A stretch of 61,995 nt of DNA, filler included, from Actinomycetota bacterium (GCA_046725875.1; 3 parts of 3 records of this genome joined end to end with filler, not necessarily neighbours in it); one strand, 5' to 3'; numbered from the whole stretch's first letter, positions 36,818 through 48,771 are shown. Notes: generated by a model not told the origin, from the letters alone. Program-made: numbers and translations.

Positions 36818-37564
36818 ATGAAGCTAACAGTCATCGGATGCTCCGGCTCGCTGCCTAGTGCCGAGTCTGCCGGCTCCTGCTACCTGGTCGAGGCGGATGG
36901 TTTTCGGGCCCTCCTCGACCTGGGAAACGGTGCGATCGGCCCACTGCAGGCGTTGCTCGACCTTGACACCATCGAGGCCGTGCTGCTCTCGCATCTGCAT
37001 CCAGACCACTGTGCCGACCTGTGCGGCTTCTACGTCTTCCGGCGATACCACCCGGGCGGCGAGCGCTCGGTGATTCCGGTCTACGGCCCGCCCGGTGTTG
37101 CGGAACGCATGGCGAAGATGTACGGCCGCGAGGCCGAGCCCGGGCTCCGCAGCGCGTTTGACTTTACCGAGTGGGTTTCGGGCACGAAATCGATCGGACC
37201 GCTCAAGGTGACCGTGGAACAGGTGCCGCACCCGGTCGAAGCGTATGCCATGCGGATCGAGCACGACGGCCGCACGCTGACCTACACCGGCGACACTGCT
37301 GCCAGCGATGCGCTATCCCGGCTGGTCAAAGGCGTCGACCTCCTGGTAAGCGAGGCCACGTTCCAGGAGGGGACGTCGCACACGCCGGGCGTGCACCTCA
37401 CCGGGCGAGAGGCTGGCGAGTACGCGGAGAGGGGCGGAGTCGCCCGGCTCGTACTCACCCACGTCCCGCCGTGGAATGACGCGCAGCGTACTCTCGCCGA
37501 GGCGGCGTCGGCCTATACAGGGCCGATCGACCTCGCATACCCAGGTCTCGCGTTCGACCTGTAG
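36818..37564 (+). CDS. MBL-fold metallo-hydrolase (Rv1339/RNase Z-like)
   Basis: GCSGS, SHLHPDH, YTGDT, LTHV. Confidence 0.92.
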   Translation: MKLTVIGCSGSLPSAESAGSCYLVEADGFRALLDLGNGAIGPLQALLDLDTIEAVLLSHLHPDHCADLCGFYVFRRYHPGGERSVIPVYGPPGVAERMAKMYGREAEPGLRSAFDFTEWVSGTKSIGPLKVTVEQVPHPVEAYAMRIEHDGRTLTYTGDTAASDALSRLVKGVDLLVSEATFQEGTSHTPGVHLTGREAGEYAERGGVARLVLTHVPPWNDAQRTLAEAASAYTGPIDLAYPGLAFDL

Positions 37565-37713
37565 CACCGGCGCGCAGGCCGAATGAATCAGCGGGTTTAC
37601 GGAGGCTGGTTTGCGCTGAAGGCGGGTCTGTGGACCGGACCGGCGCATCCGGGGCGACCGGCTGATCGCGGCTGGCCGGCGAGGCTCAGGTCCCCGGCGG
37701 CCGGACCGTCCTC

Positions 37714-38697
<984 letters not shown>

Positions 38698-38970
38698 TCA
38701 GCCGCCGGCGACCGCGGGGAGCACGGTCACGTTGTCGCCGTCGCCGAGCGGGGTCTCGAGCCCACCGAGGAACCGTACGTCCTCATCGTTCACGTACACG
38801 TTGACGAACCGGCGTAGCCCGTCCTCGTCGCGGATGCGCTCGGCGAGCCCCGGGTGGCGCGTATCGAGATCGGCCAGCAGCTGGGCGAGGGTGTCCCCCT
38901 TGCCGGCGACCGTCTTCTCGCCTCCGGTGTACTGCCTCAGGATCGTTGGAATGCTGACCTCGATCGCCAT
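38698..38970 (-). CDS. cysO: MoaD/ThiS-like sulfur carrier
   Basis: IPTILR, FVNVYVNDEDVRF, C-terminal AVAGG. Confidence 0.92.
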   Translation of the reverse strand: MAIEVSIPTILRQYTGGEKTVAGKGDTLAQLLADLDTRHPGLAERIRDEDGLRRFVNVYVNDEDVRFLGGLETPLGDGDNVTVLPAVAGG

Positions 38971-39065
38971 CGACACTTTCCTCCGCGCGCTCGCATTTTC
39001 GTACCGTCGAACCCACTTATGTCACCGGCGCGGCAACGCCGCCAGGCGCCGCTCCCAGGATCTCA

Positions 39066-39091
39066 AACCGGCCCGCCCTACCTGGCATTCC
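39066..39091 (-). promoter_or_regulatory. SigH/SigR-type promoter upstream of cysO
   Basis: Minus strand GGAAT-N18-GTT. Confidence 0.55.
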
Positions 39092-39131
39092 GGCGGGATC
39101 GGGACGGCTGTGGTCGCGAGGATCCGGTGAG

Positions 39132-39557
39132 TCAGGACCGTCCCTCGCCAGCCGACTCGAGCGCGACCTCCTCCTCGGTGACCTCGCCGGCGATGATCCG
39201 GAAGGAGCGGAAGTCAACGCGGTCGGGATCCCGGGTGGCGACCAGGACGTAGTGAGAGTTGGGCTCGGCGGCATACGAAATGTCGGTCCGGGAGGGATAT
39301 GCCGCGGTCGCCGTATGAGAGTGGTAGATCACCATCGGCTCCTCCTCGCGATCGTCCATCTCCCGCCAGACCTTCAACTGCTCCATGGAGTCGAAGCGGT
39401 AGAACGTGGGCGAGCGCTCGGCGTTGGTCATCGGGATGAAGCGGACCGGTCGGTCCGATCCGACCGGGCCCGCGACCACGCCGCATGCCTCGTCGGGATG
39501 ATCGGCCCGGGCATGCTCGACGATCGCGTCATAGATCTCCTTGTCGATCCGCAGCAT
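39132..39557 (-). CDS. mec: JAB/MPN CysO-cysteine peptidase
   Basis: PDEACG, YHSHT...YPSRTD JAMM motif. Confidence 0.93.
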   Translation of the reverse strand: MLRIDKEIYDAIVEHARADHPDEACGVVAGPVGSDRPVRFIPMTNAERSPTFYRFDSMEQLKVWREMDDREEEPMVIYHSHTATAAYPSRTDISYAAEPNSHYVLVATRDPDRVDFRSFRIIAGEVTEEEVALESAGEGRS

Positions 39558-39621
39558 GCGGCAAGACTACGTGGATAGTCGAAGACTCCGCCGATCCAGA
39601 GATCCACCCAGTTACCCGCCA

Positions 39622-40200
39622 CTAAAGATCGCCGGCGAGCACCCGGATGAGGCTGTCCTGCAGCCAAGTCAGCCACTCATAGAGTTCATACATAGGCCGC
39701 TGCGGATCATCAGCATCGAGTGACTCGATCACCGCCTCGTAGTCCTCGGTGATCGACAGCCGGGTTCCGATCGCCAGGCGCAGGTCGTTGAGAAGCAGCA
39801 GCCAGGCCTGCGCCTGGTCGGCATCGAGGGTGATCTTGCCGCCGGAGCCGAGAGTGGATAGGACGGCGGTCGCCGCACCCACCTTACGATCACGGAGGTC
39901 ACGCTCGGTATAGCGACGGAACTCGGCGGCCGCCTCCGGATCCTCCCGGTAGCCGTCCGGGAGTAGGCGGGCGAGCACATCGTCTTTGGGTGCCTGCCTT
40001 GGCTCGTGGTCGAGCCCGAAGCCGGACCGGAGCTCGGCTAGCGGGTCGTCCGCTCGCTCGCCGAGGCTCTCGCGGCCCGGCTCACCCTCGTCGAGGAGCG
40101 CGATCATCTGCCCGATGAGGTTCGCGAGCACTGCCGCCTCGACCGGCTCGAGCGAAATGGTGATCGCGCCACCACGAGCGCGGCGGAAGCGGCTACTCAT
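39622..40200 (-). CDS. DUF2017 family protein
   Basis: LARLLPDGY, EFRRYTE, LNDLRLAIGTRL, YEWLTWLQDSL; position after clpS. Confidence 0.9.
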   Translation of the reverse strand: MSSRFRRARGGAITISLEPVEAAVLANLIGQMIALLDEGEPGRESLGERADDPLAELRSGFGLDHEPRQAPKDDVLARLLPDGYREDPEAAAEFRRYTERDLRDRKVGAATAVLSTLGSGGKITLDADQAQAWLLLLNDLRLAIGTRLSITEDYEAVIESLDADDPQRPMYELYEWLTWLQDSLIRVLAGDL

Positions 40201-40253
40201 TCACCAAGCCCTTCGAAACCGAGGCGAGTACCTCGCAGGCGCCTGAAGAAGCA

Positions 40254-40544
40254 TTACGTGTCGTGCTGGAGAGTCGCCCACAGGCCGTAGCCGTGCATGG
40301 CTGCGACGTCGCGCTCCATCTCCTCCCGGCTGCCGTTGGAGACGACCGCCTTGCCCCTGTGATGTACGTCCAGCATGAGCTTGGTGGCCTTCTCTTTGGG
40401 GTAGCCGAAGTGTCTCTGGAAGACGTAGGTCACATACGACATCAGGTTCACCGGATCGTTCCACACGATCGTGACCCACGGCTTGTCGGGCGTGACCACC
40501 TGCTCGACGTCAGGCTGGTCGAGCTCGACGGGCGCGGTACTCAC
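40254..40544 (-). CDS. clpS: Clp protease adaptor
   Basis: [27 protein letters not shown] before GTG 40544. Confidence 0.96.
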   Translation of the reverse strand: MSTAPVELDQPDVEQVVTPDKPWVTIVWNDPVNLMSYVTYVFQRHFGYPKEKATKLMLDVHHRGKAVVSNGSREEMERDVAAMHGYGLWATLQHDT

Positions 40545-40672
40545 CGGACCTCCCAGGACTAGACCGCGTCTCCCCCGACCTGCTGCGGCCGCCGCAGGCA
40601 TCCAACGGCAGGCCGGGCGCTCGCTCTGTACAACATCCATCTTAGGAGGCCGACCGGCATACCCTAAGGATC

Positions 40673-42007
40673 GTGCGGTCGACGGCGTTGCTCACCGACC
40701 ACTATGAGCTGACGATGGTCGAGTCCGCCTTGCGTAGCGGCGCCGGACACCGCCGCGCCGTCTTCGAGGTCTTCGCCCGGCGGTTGCCGGAGGGTCGCCG
40801 CTACGGCGTGGTCGCGGGCACCGGAAGGCTGCTGGATGTACTCGAGCGGTTCCGCTTCGATGACGACACGCTCGCCGTGCTGGGCGACAATGCGATCGTC
40901 GACCAAGAGACACTCGACTGGCTCGGGTCCTACCGGTTCACCGGGAGCATCTGGGGCTACGGCGAGGGCGAGTGCTACTTCCCCGGCTCCCCGATCCTCA
41001 TCGTGGAGTCCAGCTTCGTCGAGGCGGTTGTCCTCGAGACGCTGGTCCTGTCGGTTCTCAACCACGACTCCGCCGTCGCGTCGGCGGCATCGCGGATGAT
41101 CTTCGCGGCGGGTGACCGTCCCTGCATCGAGATGGGCTCCCGGCGCACTCACGAGGAGGCCGCCGTCGCCGCTGCGCGGGCCGCGTATATCTCCGGCTTC
41201 GCCACGACGTCCAACCTGGAGGCCCGTCGCCGCTTCGGGATCCCGACCACCGGGACGAGCGCGCATGCATTCACGCTCATCCACGACTCCGAGCGCGAGG
41301 CGTTCAACGCACAGGTGGCGAGCCTGGGCAAGGGAACGACCCTTCTCGTCGACACCTATGAAGTTCTGGATGGCGTCCGGACCGCGGTCGAGATCGCCGG
41401 TCCCGAGCTCCGCGCCGTACGCCTTGACTCTGGTGACCTGCTCGAGCAGGCACACGAGGTGCGCATGCTGCTGGACAAGCTCGGCGCGACATCCACCCAG
41501 ATCGTGGTGACCAGCGACCTCGACGAGTTCCAGATCGCCGCCCTGGCCGCGGCGCCGGTCGACGCATATGGCGTCGGTACGGCGCTCGTCACCGGGAGCG
41601 GCGCTCCGACGGCCGGCATGGTCTACAAGCTCGTCGCCAGGTCGGCAGAGGAAAGCTCAGACACCCTCATACCGGTGGTGAAGCGTTCAGAGGGAAAGGC
41701 CAACCGGGGCGGCCGCAAGTGGGCGGCCCGGGCCAGGGAGGAGGGGGTCGCCGTCCGCGAAGTCATCGGCTCGATGGACGACCCGGCGCACCGGACCACT
41801 TTCGCCGACGGTGAACGAGCCGACGGCGGGTCCGGCGAACGGCCGCTGCTGCGCCGACTCGTCACCAACGGCGAGGTGGTCGGCCGTGAGCCGGTCAAGG
41901 CCGCGCAGGAGCGCCACCGAGCGTCGTTTGCCGAGCTGCCTGCCACTGCGCGCCAGCTGTCGAGGGGCGAGCCGGTGATCCCGACCGTCTTCGAGCTCGA
42001 TACCTGA
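40673..42007 (+). CDS. pncB: Nicotinate phosphoribosyltransferase
   Basis: [44 protein letters not shown]. Confidence 0.96.
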   Translation: MRSTALLTDHYELTMVESALRSGAGHRRAVFEVFARRLPEGRRYGVVAGTGRLLDVLERFRFDDDTLAVLGDNAIVDQETLDWLGSYRFTGSIWGYGEGECYFPGSPILIVESSFVEAVVLETLVLSVLNHDSAVASAASRMIFAAGDRPCIEMGSRRTHEEAAVAAARAAYISGFATTSNLEARRRFGIPTTGTSAHAFTLIHDSEREAFNAQVASLGKGTTLLVDTYEVLDGVRTAVEIAGPELRAVRLDSGDLLEQAHEVRMLLDKLGATSTQIVVTSDLDEFQIAALAAAPVDAYGVGTALVTGSGAPTAGMVYKLVARSAEESSDTLIPVVKRSEGKANRGGRKWAARAREEGVAVREVIGSMDDPAHRTTFADGERADGGSGERPLLRRLVTNGEVVGREPVKAAQERHRASFAELPATARQLSRGEPVIPTVFELDT

Positions 42008-42082
42008 CGAGGGGCACCCACTGACTTCGAAAGAAGACCTGTGGGAGCGAACGTCCCAGGCCAACACAAGGAGCAGCAGATC

Positions 42083-42661
42083 ATGTCCCGAGCCCTCATC
42101 ATCGTCGACGTACAGAACGACTTCTGTGAGGGGGGAAGCCTGGAAGTGGCCGGTGGCGCCGGCGTCGCCGCGGCAGTGTCCCGGCACATCCGGACCGCGG
42201 GGGCCGGCTACGACCACGTCGTCGCTACCAAGGACTATCACATCTCCCCGGTCGGCCACTTCTCGGAGCAGCCCGACTACGTGACCACCTGGCCGCTCCA
42301 TTGCGTCGTCGGCACCGCGGGTGCCGAGTTCCATCCGGCATTGTCCACCGGACCCATCGAGGCGGTCTTTACCAAGGGGGCCTACGCAGCGGCTTACTCC
42401 GGCTTCGAAGGCGGAACCGAGGACGGCGTCGCCTTGGCGACCTGGCTGCGCCGGCACGACGTCGACGAGGTGGACGTCGCAGGCATCGCGACCGACCACT
42501 GCGTACGGGCCACCGCGATCGACGCCGTTCGCGCCGGATTTCGGACGAGGGTGCTGCTGGATCTCACGGCCGGCGTCGCCAAGGAAACCGTCGACCGCGC
42601 CCTGGAGCAGATGCGCACGGAAGGCGTTCAACTTGCCGGCGAACCGGTCGTTCAGAGCTAG
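42083..42661 (+). CDS. pncA: Nicotinamidase/pyrazinamidase
   Basis: VDVQNDFCEGG, WPLHC, KG, YSGF, GIATDHCV; AAGGAG RBS. Confidence 0.94.
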   Translation: MSRALIIVDVQNDFCEGGSLEVAGGAGVAAAVSRHIRTAGAGYDHVVATKDYHISPVGHFSEQPDYVTTWPLHCVVGTAGAEFHPALSTGPIEAVFTKGAYAAAYSGFEGGTEDGVALATWLRRHDVDEVDVAGIATDHCVRATAIDAVRAGFRTRVLLDLTAGVAKETVDRALEQMRTEGVQLAGEPVVQS

Positions 42662-42862
42662 CCGCTGGCATCGACGGCCGAGCGGGCAGTGAACAGAGAG
42701 CCGTGTCGACGGACCGTCCCCGCCGTAGGGCTTCCGGACCCGGCCCGGGCCATTTCGGCCGACATGCCGAAAGGGGGCCTGCTGGTCTAGATAGACTCCG
42801 GGGGCCGAAGCGCGTAGCACAACGATTCACCCTCCGACACTCGCCCGACGAAGGGGTTCGCC

Positions 42863-43723
42863 GTGGATCTGTCCGCCGAGAACGCCGTCACCGAGGACGC
42901 TCGCGGTGCCAACCGCAAGGATCGGCCCTATATCGCCGAGGAGCGGGCCGCGGCGCTGGCGGAGTTCCGGCGGCGCTACGGCGCGGACCTCCGCTTTACA
43001 CCGATCCTGGTCGTGATCGCCGCCTTCAACGAGGAGGACAGCCTCGGCGAGGTCCTCGCCCACATCCCCGCCGAGGTGTGCGGCCGCCCCGTGACCACCC
43101 TGGTGGTCGACGACGGCAGCAGCGACGCGACGGCCGAGGTCGCGGAGAAATACGACAACGTGCGGCTGGCCCGGCTCGAGCGCAACTGCGGCCACGGGGT
43201 CGCGCTGCGGCTCGGCTACCAGCTCGCCGCCGAGCACGGCGCCGACTACATCGTCACCCTCGACGCCGATATGCAATGGGACCCCCGTGAGATGCCGGTC
43301 GTGCTGCCGCCCCTCCTCGAGGGCGAGGCCGACTTCGTGATCGGCTCCCGCGTGCTCGGCACGGCGGAGACCGACGATGCCTTCCGCAACGCCGGCGTCC
43401 GCGTGTTCGCCGCACTGGTCAGCATGCTGACCGGGGTGAAGGTGACCGACACCTCGAGCGGCTACCGCGCGCTCCGGACCGAGGTCACCCAGACCGTCCC
43501 GCAGACCCAGGTGCAGTACCAGACCTCGGAGCTGCTCATCGGCGCCATCTACCAGGGCTACCGGATCGCCGAGCGGCCGATCATCATGCACAAGCGGTTC
43601 GCCGGGGAGAGCAAGAAGGGCCACAACCTCCTCTACGGCGCCCGCTATGCGCGGGTCATCCTCGGCACGTGGGCCCGGGAGCGAGCGCGCGCCCGGCGCG
43701 AGGGCCGGCGGGCAGGCCGGTGA
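42863..43723 (+). CDS. Glycosyltransferase family 2 (DPM1-like)
   Basis: AAFNEE, VDDGSSD, LDADMQ, VIGSR, DTSSGYRA, R..GESK. Confidence 0.93.
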   Translation: MDLSAENAVTEDARGANRKDRPYIAEERAAALAEFRRRYGADLRFTPILVVIAAFNEEDSLGEVLAHIPAEVCGRPVTTLVVDDGSSDATAEVAEKYDNVRLARLERNCGHGVALRLGYQLAAEHGADYIVTLDADMQWDPREMPVVLPPLLEGEADFVIGSRVLGTAETDDAFRNAGVRVFAALVSMLTGVKVTDTSSGYRALRTEVTQTVPQTQVQYQTSELLIGAIYQGYRIAERPIIMHKRFAGESKKGHNLLYGARYARVILGTWARERARARREGRRAGR

Positions 43724-43823
43724 CCCCGGGCGCGCCGCAAACTGAGCGTAGGCCGCCGCCGACCGCGGCGCCGCTCCCGCCGGGGCGCCTCGAGACCGCT
43801 GCCCTCGTCGCGCACAGGAGGGT

Positions 43824-43923
43824 NNNNNNNNNNNNNNNNNNNNNNNNNNNNNNNNNNNNNNNNNNNNTTAATTAATTAANNNNNNNNNNNNNNNNNNNNN
43901 NNNNNNNNNNNNNNNNNNNNNNN
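43824..43923. other. Artificial contig spacer
   Basis: N44-TTAATTAATTAA-N44, identical to 17742-17841. Confidence 0.98.
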
Positions 43924-44380
43924 CCTGACCGGGGCGGCGATGCAGCTCGTGCCGGCGGACCGGCATTGCGTTGGTGAGTGGCGAGAAGCCGAGGTCACAG
44001 TCGAATGCTTCGGCAAGAGCCGTGGCATCGCCACCGGGCTGGGGCAGGTCCAGCGGCGCATCGCTCCCGGCCATATCCGGAGCGCCCTCGGCGCGGGCGC
44101 CGATCGTCCAGCTGCCGTGGACTGCCCTCTCCAGGTGGAGCTCCCGCCGCCAACCCGCGCCGCGGGCCTCGACATGCAGGCTTCGGGTAAGGAACCCGTA
44201 CCCGGTGGCGTCAAGCTCGTAGTCGATCCGGTAGGGGACCGGGTCCCGGCCCAGCTGGCTTCCCATGGCACGCAAGCCACCGCTGGTCAGCTCGACGGTA
44301 GCGATCTCGACGCGCCACCCTGCCGGCCAATCCGGCTCACCCGACCAGGCCACGGCAAGTCGTCTGACGGTTCCGCTCAT
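43924..44380 (-). CDS. Putative glycolipid-binding domain protein, partial (cut by gap)
   Basis: YRIDYEL, DCDLGFSPLTNAMPVRR. Confidence 0.8.
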
Positions 44381-44507
44381 GACGCACGACCCTGCCACAT
44401 CGGCACGACAAGGTACCTCCCGCTAGTTCTCGTACCGCGCTAACTCCACGAGCGAGCTCCGCACGCGCGCCGACGTTCTCAGAAAGCCGCTGTGGTTGGC
44501 TCGGATC

Positions 44508-45092
44508 GTGAGCCTGGAGATCGTGTACGAGACCCACGCGACGACTACGGACAACGAAGCCGGCATCGCGACCGGATGGCTGCCGGGAGAGCTGTCCGAT
44601 CAAGGTGTCGATGACGCGCGCGAGCTTGGCAAGCGGCGGCGCGGTGATCGTATCGATGCCGTTTACACGTCCGACCTGGCCCGAGCGGTGACAACGGCCG
44701 AGATCGCGTTTGCAGGACGCGCGATCCCGATCTTCCAAGATTGGCGGCTGCGGGAATGCAACTACGGGGAGCTGAACGGCGCAGGAGTAGCGCGGATTGA
44801 TGCGGGTCGGCGGCACGGGGTTGACGTGCCGTTCCCCGGTGGTGAGAGCTACCGGGACGTCGCCGACCGCACCGCCGACCTGCTGCACGACCTTGTTCGG
44901 GAGCGGGACGGTCAGCGGGTGCTGCTGATCGCCCACTCGGCCAACCGGTGGGCGCTGCAGCATCTGCTGCTGGGCATCCCCTTGGAGGATCTCGTCGACG
45001 CACCCTTCGCGTGGCAACCCGGCTGGGAATTCACGGTGCCAGGCGGGTGGCGATCAGATCGTGACGATCCTGCTGCGCCCGCACCTCGATGA
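44508..45092 (+). CDS. Histidine phosphatase family protein
   Basis: ETHA in place of RHG, SDLARA, LRECNYG, PGGES, IAH. Confidence 0.88.
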   Translation: MSLEIVYETHATTTDNEAGIATGWLPGELSDQGVDDARELGKRRRGDRIDAVYTSDLARAVTTAEIAFAGRAIPIFQDWRLRECNYGELNGAGVARIDAGRRHGVDVPFPGGESYRDVADRTADLLHDLVRERDGQRVLLIAHSANRWALQHLLLGIPLEDLVDAPFAWQPGWEFTVPGGWRSDRDDPAAPAPR

Positions 45093-45170
45093 TGATCAGA
45101 CAGTGGTAGCACAGGAGCCTCTCCGCTTGATCGTTATCTCCCGACTACCAGACGGTTGACCGAATTGCGA

Positions 45171-45800
45171 TCAAGGCAGCTGGCCGAAGACGTGTTGGCG
45201 GATCCAGGCGTGCATGGCGATGGCGGCCGCCGCACCGGCGTTGATCGAGCGGGTTGAGCCAAACTGAGCGATCGAGCAGACCAGTCCCGCGGCCTGTCGC
45301 GCGGCGTCCGACAAGCCGGGCCCTTCCTGGCCGAAGATCAGCAGGCTGTGCCGGGGAAGGGCGGTCGTCTCCAGCGGCACCGCGCCGGGCAGGTTGTCGA
45401 CGCCGATCAACGTCAGCGCGTGCTCCTTCCCGTACAAAACAAGGTCGGGCACGGACGGATGGTGGCGGATGTGCTGATAACGGTCGGTCACCATCGCACC
45501 GCGACGGTTCCACCGCCGGCGACCGACAATGTGCACCTCCCGAGCGAGGAACGCGTTCGCGGTCCGAACCACGCTGCCGATGTTGAAATCGTGCTGCCAG
45601 TTCTCGATCGCGATGTGGAACTCGTGCCGGCGCTGGTCGAGATCGGCAACGATCGCCTCACGCCGCCAATAGCGGTATCGATCGAGCACGTTGCGCCGAT
45701 CGCCGTGCGCGAGCAGCTCGGGATCAAGGCGCGGATCATCGGGCCACGGCTTCGGGTGAGGACCCGCCCCCGGTTCGACCCGATCGAAGTCCGCAACCAC
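45171..45800 (-). CDS. TrmH/SpoU RNA methyltransferase
   Basis: NIGSVVRTANAF, FGQEGPGL, RSINAGAA. Confidence 0.92.
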   Translation of the reverse strand: MVADFDRVEPGAGPHPKPWPDDPRLDPELLAHGDRRNVLDRYRYWRREAIVADLDQRRHEFHIAIENWQHDFNIGSVVRTANAFLAREVHIVGRRRWNRRGAMVTDRYQHIRHHPSVPDLVLYGKEHALTLIGVDNLPGAVPLETTALPRHSLLIFGQEGPGLSDAARQAAGLVCSIAQFGSTRSINAGAAAAIAMHAWIRQHVFGQLP

Positions 45801-45931
45801 GCGCCAAGGCTACGAGTCTGGTCAGTGAGCGGCGATGTGGTCAGGAAAAGCAACGAAGGAGGCAGGCACACGTGTCGCGCCCGTCCGGGGAACGGGCGCG
45901 ACTGTCACGTTCATGAGTTCGCTGCTGAAGA

Positions 45932-46144
45932 TCACTCCAGGGCACGCTGCTGCTGCGCTGGGATGCCCTGCAGCAGGGCGCGGACCTCGGCCTCACGGTA
46001 ACGGCGATGGCCGCCGAGTGTCCTGATCGACGTCAGCTTGCCGGCCTTTGCCCACCGCGTCACCGTCTTTGGGTCGACCCGGAACATCGTGGCGACCTCG
46101 GCCGGGGTGAGCAACGGCTCGGCGTCGGGGGTTCGTGCTGTCAT
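45932..46144 (-). CDS. bldC: BldC family MerR-like DNA-binding protein
   Basis: MTARTPDAEPLLTPAEVATMFRVDPKTVTRWAKAGKLTSIRTLGGHRRYREAEV; GGGAGGAGG RBS. Confidence 0.97.
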   Translation of the reverse strand: MTARTPDAEPLLTPAEVATMFRVDPKTVTRWAKAGKLTSIRTLGGHRRYREAEVRALLQGIPAQQQRALE

Positions 46145-46474
46145 GTCGGCCTCCTCCCGGGCACCGAACCATCCTGGTTCGAGAATATCCTGCCTTAGAC
46201 CAGCTTGTCCCCAAATGGCCCTTGCGGACCATCTTATTGGCGATCGAGTGACTACGCCGTCACCAGAAACGGCTCCACCACTTGGCGTCGCCTGGTCTAC
46301 ATACGGCGTCAATGGTGAAAACCGGCCTACAGGAACAAAGCCGATCGCAGTGGATCAGAAAGTGTAGTGGTCGCTTCACAGATGGGCGGTCAAATCCCGA
46401 AATCTCACCAGCGAGTGCCGTGATCGGCAGAACCGCCGTCAGCGCTCCCTAATCGCCACGAAATCCGCAGCAAA

Positions 46475-47323
46475 TCAGCTCGCGCGTTCCAAAGCCTGAA
46501 CCATGCGCCAGCGCTCCATCAATCTGGCGTAGGCGGCCGCGGCCGCTTTGGGATCGTGTGCGGCGAGTGCCCGGACCGCCTCGCCGACGATCGCGGCCGA
46601 GTCGTCCTCTGCCAGCGCGTCGTCATCGATCACCTGTACCAGCCCGCCGTAGTCGAGCTCCACCCAGGCGTGCGGGTGGAACTCCTCCAGCCAGCGCCCC
46701 AGCTCGATGACCCCGGCAATGATCGGACCGTCCTCGATGGTTCGTTCCAGCACCCGAAGTGCCCGCGCCACTCGCCGGCGCGCCTCGACCATCGGCGTAC
46801 GGAAGAAGAACGCGCGCGGTTCGCTCTCGCTGCCGAGCTGAAAGACTCGCTCCCGCTGCACGAATGGGATGAACCAACGGAGCGGCACGAACCAGGTGTT
46901 GGTGAGGATGTGCGGCGCCCGTGGCCCGGCGTCGGCGAGCCAGCGGCGATGGTCTGACAGCACCTCGTCAAGAGTGACCGGGGGTACGAATGCCTCCGCG
47001 ACCCGCGTAGGCACCTCCTGCATGAACTCTTCCAGGGCCGACCAGGCCCGCAGCCGGGTGTCGAACGGACAAACGAAGGCCCTGCCATCGACGGTGAGGA
47101 CAAACGCGTCCCCGCTCTCGTGCGGCGGGACGACGGCGGGCGGGGTCGCCAGCAGCCCGGTCAGGGCCCGGCGATGCTCATCGGCGGCCCCGGCTACCTG
47201 GTCGGGGGCGTCACCGGACGTGACGAGTGCCGCCCACTGGCGGCGCGCCGCACCCCTGAAGGCGTCGAGTGGCTCGTACACCCGCAGGTAGGCGGCGTAG
47301 GGCGTCAGCACCGAGGTCCTCAC
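46475..47323 (-). CDS. Conserved actinobacterial hypothetical protein (bldC-vdh neighbour)
   Basis: PYAAYLRVYEPL, VPLRWF, WLEEFHP, VELDYGGL. Confidence 0.8.
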   Translation of the reverse strand: MRTSVLTPYAAYLRVYEPLDAFRGAARRQWAALVTSGDAPDQVAGAADEHRRALTGLLATPPAVVPPHESGDAFVLTVDGRAFVCPFDTRLRAWSALEEFMQEVPTRVAEAFVPPVTLDEVLSDHRRWLADAGPRAPHILTNTWFVPLRWFIPFVQRERVFQLGSESEPRAFFFRTPMVEARRRVARALRVLERTIEDGPIIAGVIELGRWLEEFHPHAWVELDYGGLVQVIDDDALAEDDSAAIVGEAVRALAAHDPKAAAAAYARLMERWRMVQALERAS

Positions 47324-47454
47324 GCTATGAATCCTCGCACGCAGCGGCGCGAAAACCGGATCACATGAGTTCCAGATGTCCGGCGCCAACGCTTTAGGGT
47401 GGCCAGTGAATGCCCGCAACCACCCCCAAGCGGGCCGACACAGGAGTCACTACA

Positions 47455-48570
47455 GTGACCGACGCGACCCCAGATGACGTACCGCCGACCGGCGGCACGC
47501 AGGTATTCGGCCGGCACACCGGCCATGAGCAGGTCGTCTTCTGCCAGGACGAAGCGAGCGGGTTGAGGGCGATCATCGCGATCTACTCGACTGCACTCGG
47601 GCCCGCCCTCGGCGGGACCAGGTTCTATCCATACGAGACCGAGGACGCTGCGTTGGCCGACGTACTCAACCTCTCCAAGGCAATGGCCTACAAGGCCGCA
47701 ATGGCCGGTCTCGACCTCGGCGGGGGCAAGGCCGTGATCATCGGAGACCCGGCCCGAGACCAGAGCGAGGCGTTGCTGCGGGCCTACGGGCGATTCGTCC
47801 AGTCGCTCAATGGCCGCTACATCACCGCGTGCGATGTCGGCACCTACATGGAGGACATGGATGTCATCGCCCGCGAATGCGACTTCGTAACCGGGCGGTC
47901 TCTGGAACACGGCGGCGGCGGTGACTCATCGATCTTGACCGCGTTCGGCGTCTTCCAAGGAATGCGCGCATCGGCCGAGCACACGTGGGGCGAGCCCACG
48001 CTGCGGGGCCGGCGGGTCGGCGTGGCCGGCATCGGCAAGGTCGGGCGGCACCTGGTCGAACACCTGGTCGAGGACGGCGCCACGGTCCTGGTGAATGACA
48101 TCAGCGCGGAGGCGGTCAACTGGGTGCGGACCAACCACCCGGAGGTTGAGGTCATCCCGACCGTGGAGGCACTGATCGCCGCCGATCTCGATGTGTATGC
48201 ACCGTGCGCGCTGGGCGGCGCCCTGAACGACGACTCGGTACCGGCCCTGACGGCGAAGATCGTATGTGGCGCGGCCAACAACCAGCTGGCGCATGTCGGG
48301 ATCGAGAAGATGCTGGAGGAACGCGGAATCCTCTACGCCCCGGATTATGTCGTCAATTCGGGCGGGCTGGTGCAGGTCGCCGACGAGATCGAGGGCTTCA
48401 TCTTCGACCGTGCCAAGATCAAGGCGGCCCAGATCTTCGACACGACCAAGCGGGTCTTCGCGATCGCCGCCGAAGAGGGCGTCCCTCCCGCGGTCGCCGC
48501 CGATCGGCTGGCCGAGCAGCGGATGGCCCAGATCGGCCGGCTGCGTGGCGTGTGGCTGCCCCGCCCTTGA
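47455..48570 (+). CDS. vdh: Valine/leucine dehydrogenase
   Basis: [49 protein letters not shown] before GTG 47455. Confidence 0.93.
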   Translation: MTDATPDDVPPTGGTQVFGRHTGHEQVVFCQDEASGLRAIIAIYSTALGPALGGTRFYPYETEDAALADVLNLSKAMAYKAAMAGLDLGGGKAVIIGDPARDQSEALLRAYGRFVQSLNGRYITACDVGTYMEDMDVIARECDFVTGRSLEHGGGGDSSILTAFGVFQGMRASAEHTWGEPTLRGRRVGVAGIGKVGRHLVEHLVEDGATVLVNDISAEAVNWVRTNHPEVEVIPTVEALIAADLDVYAPCALGGALNDDSVPALTAKIVCGAANNQLAHVGIEKMLEERGILYAPDYVVNSGGLVQVADEIEGFIFDRAKIKAAQIFDTTKRVFAIAAEEGVPPAVAADRLAEQRMAQIGRLRGVWLPRP

Positions 48571-48685
48571 TCACCGCGTTTTTGCGGCCCCGGACTAGCG
48601 GCCGTGGTGCTGGCAGCGGTCGTTGATTGGCGCCGACCGTTACCGTCTGGCGGCCGAACCAGGTACCGTAGAGGCACGCAAACCG

Positions 48686-48715
48686 GCTAGCGGCTCGTTA
48701 GACCTGGCCGCTAGC
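48686..48715. other. Stem-loop between vdh and DUF3073 (terminator or leader structure)
   Basis: GCTAGCGGC / GCCGCTAGC perfect 9-bp stem. Confidence 0.4.
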
Positions 48716-48771
48716 TGTGATTCGTGTGTGAGACCACATGAGGCGGCAGCCTCGCTGAAGGGGGTCGAGCC

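Noticed and set aside
38977..39131. Cys-containing leader peptide between mec and cysO
   Set aside because: The only short ORF (MPGRAGRF...) has no Cys and no SD.
46145..46474. BldD box upstream of bldC
   Set aside because: Only TCAC half-sites found; no full TCAC-N5-GTGA dyad that I can support.
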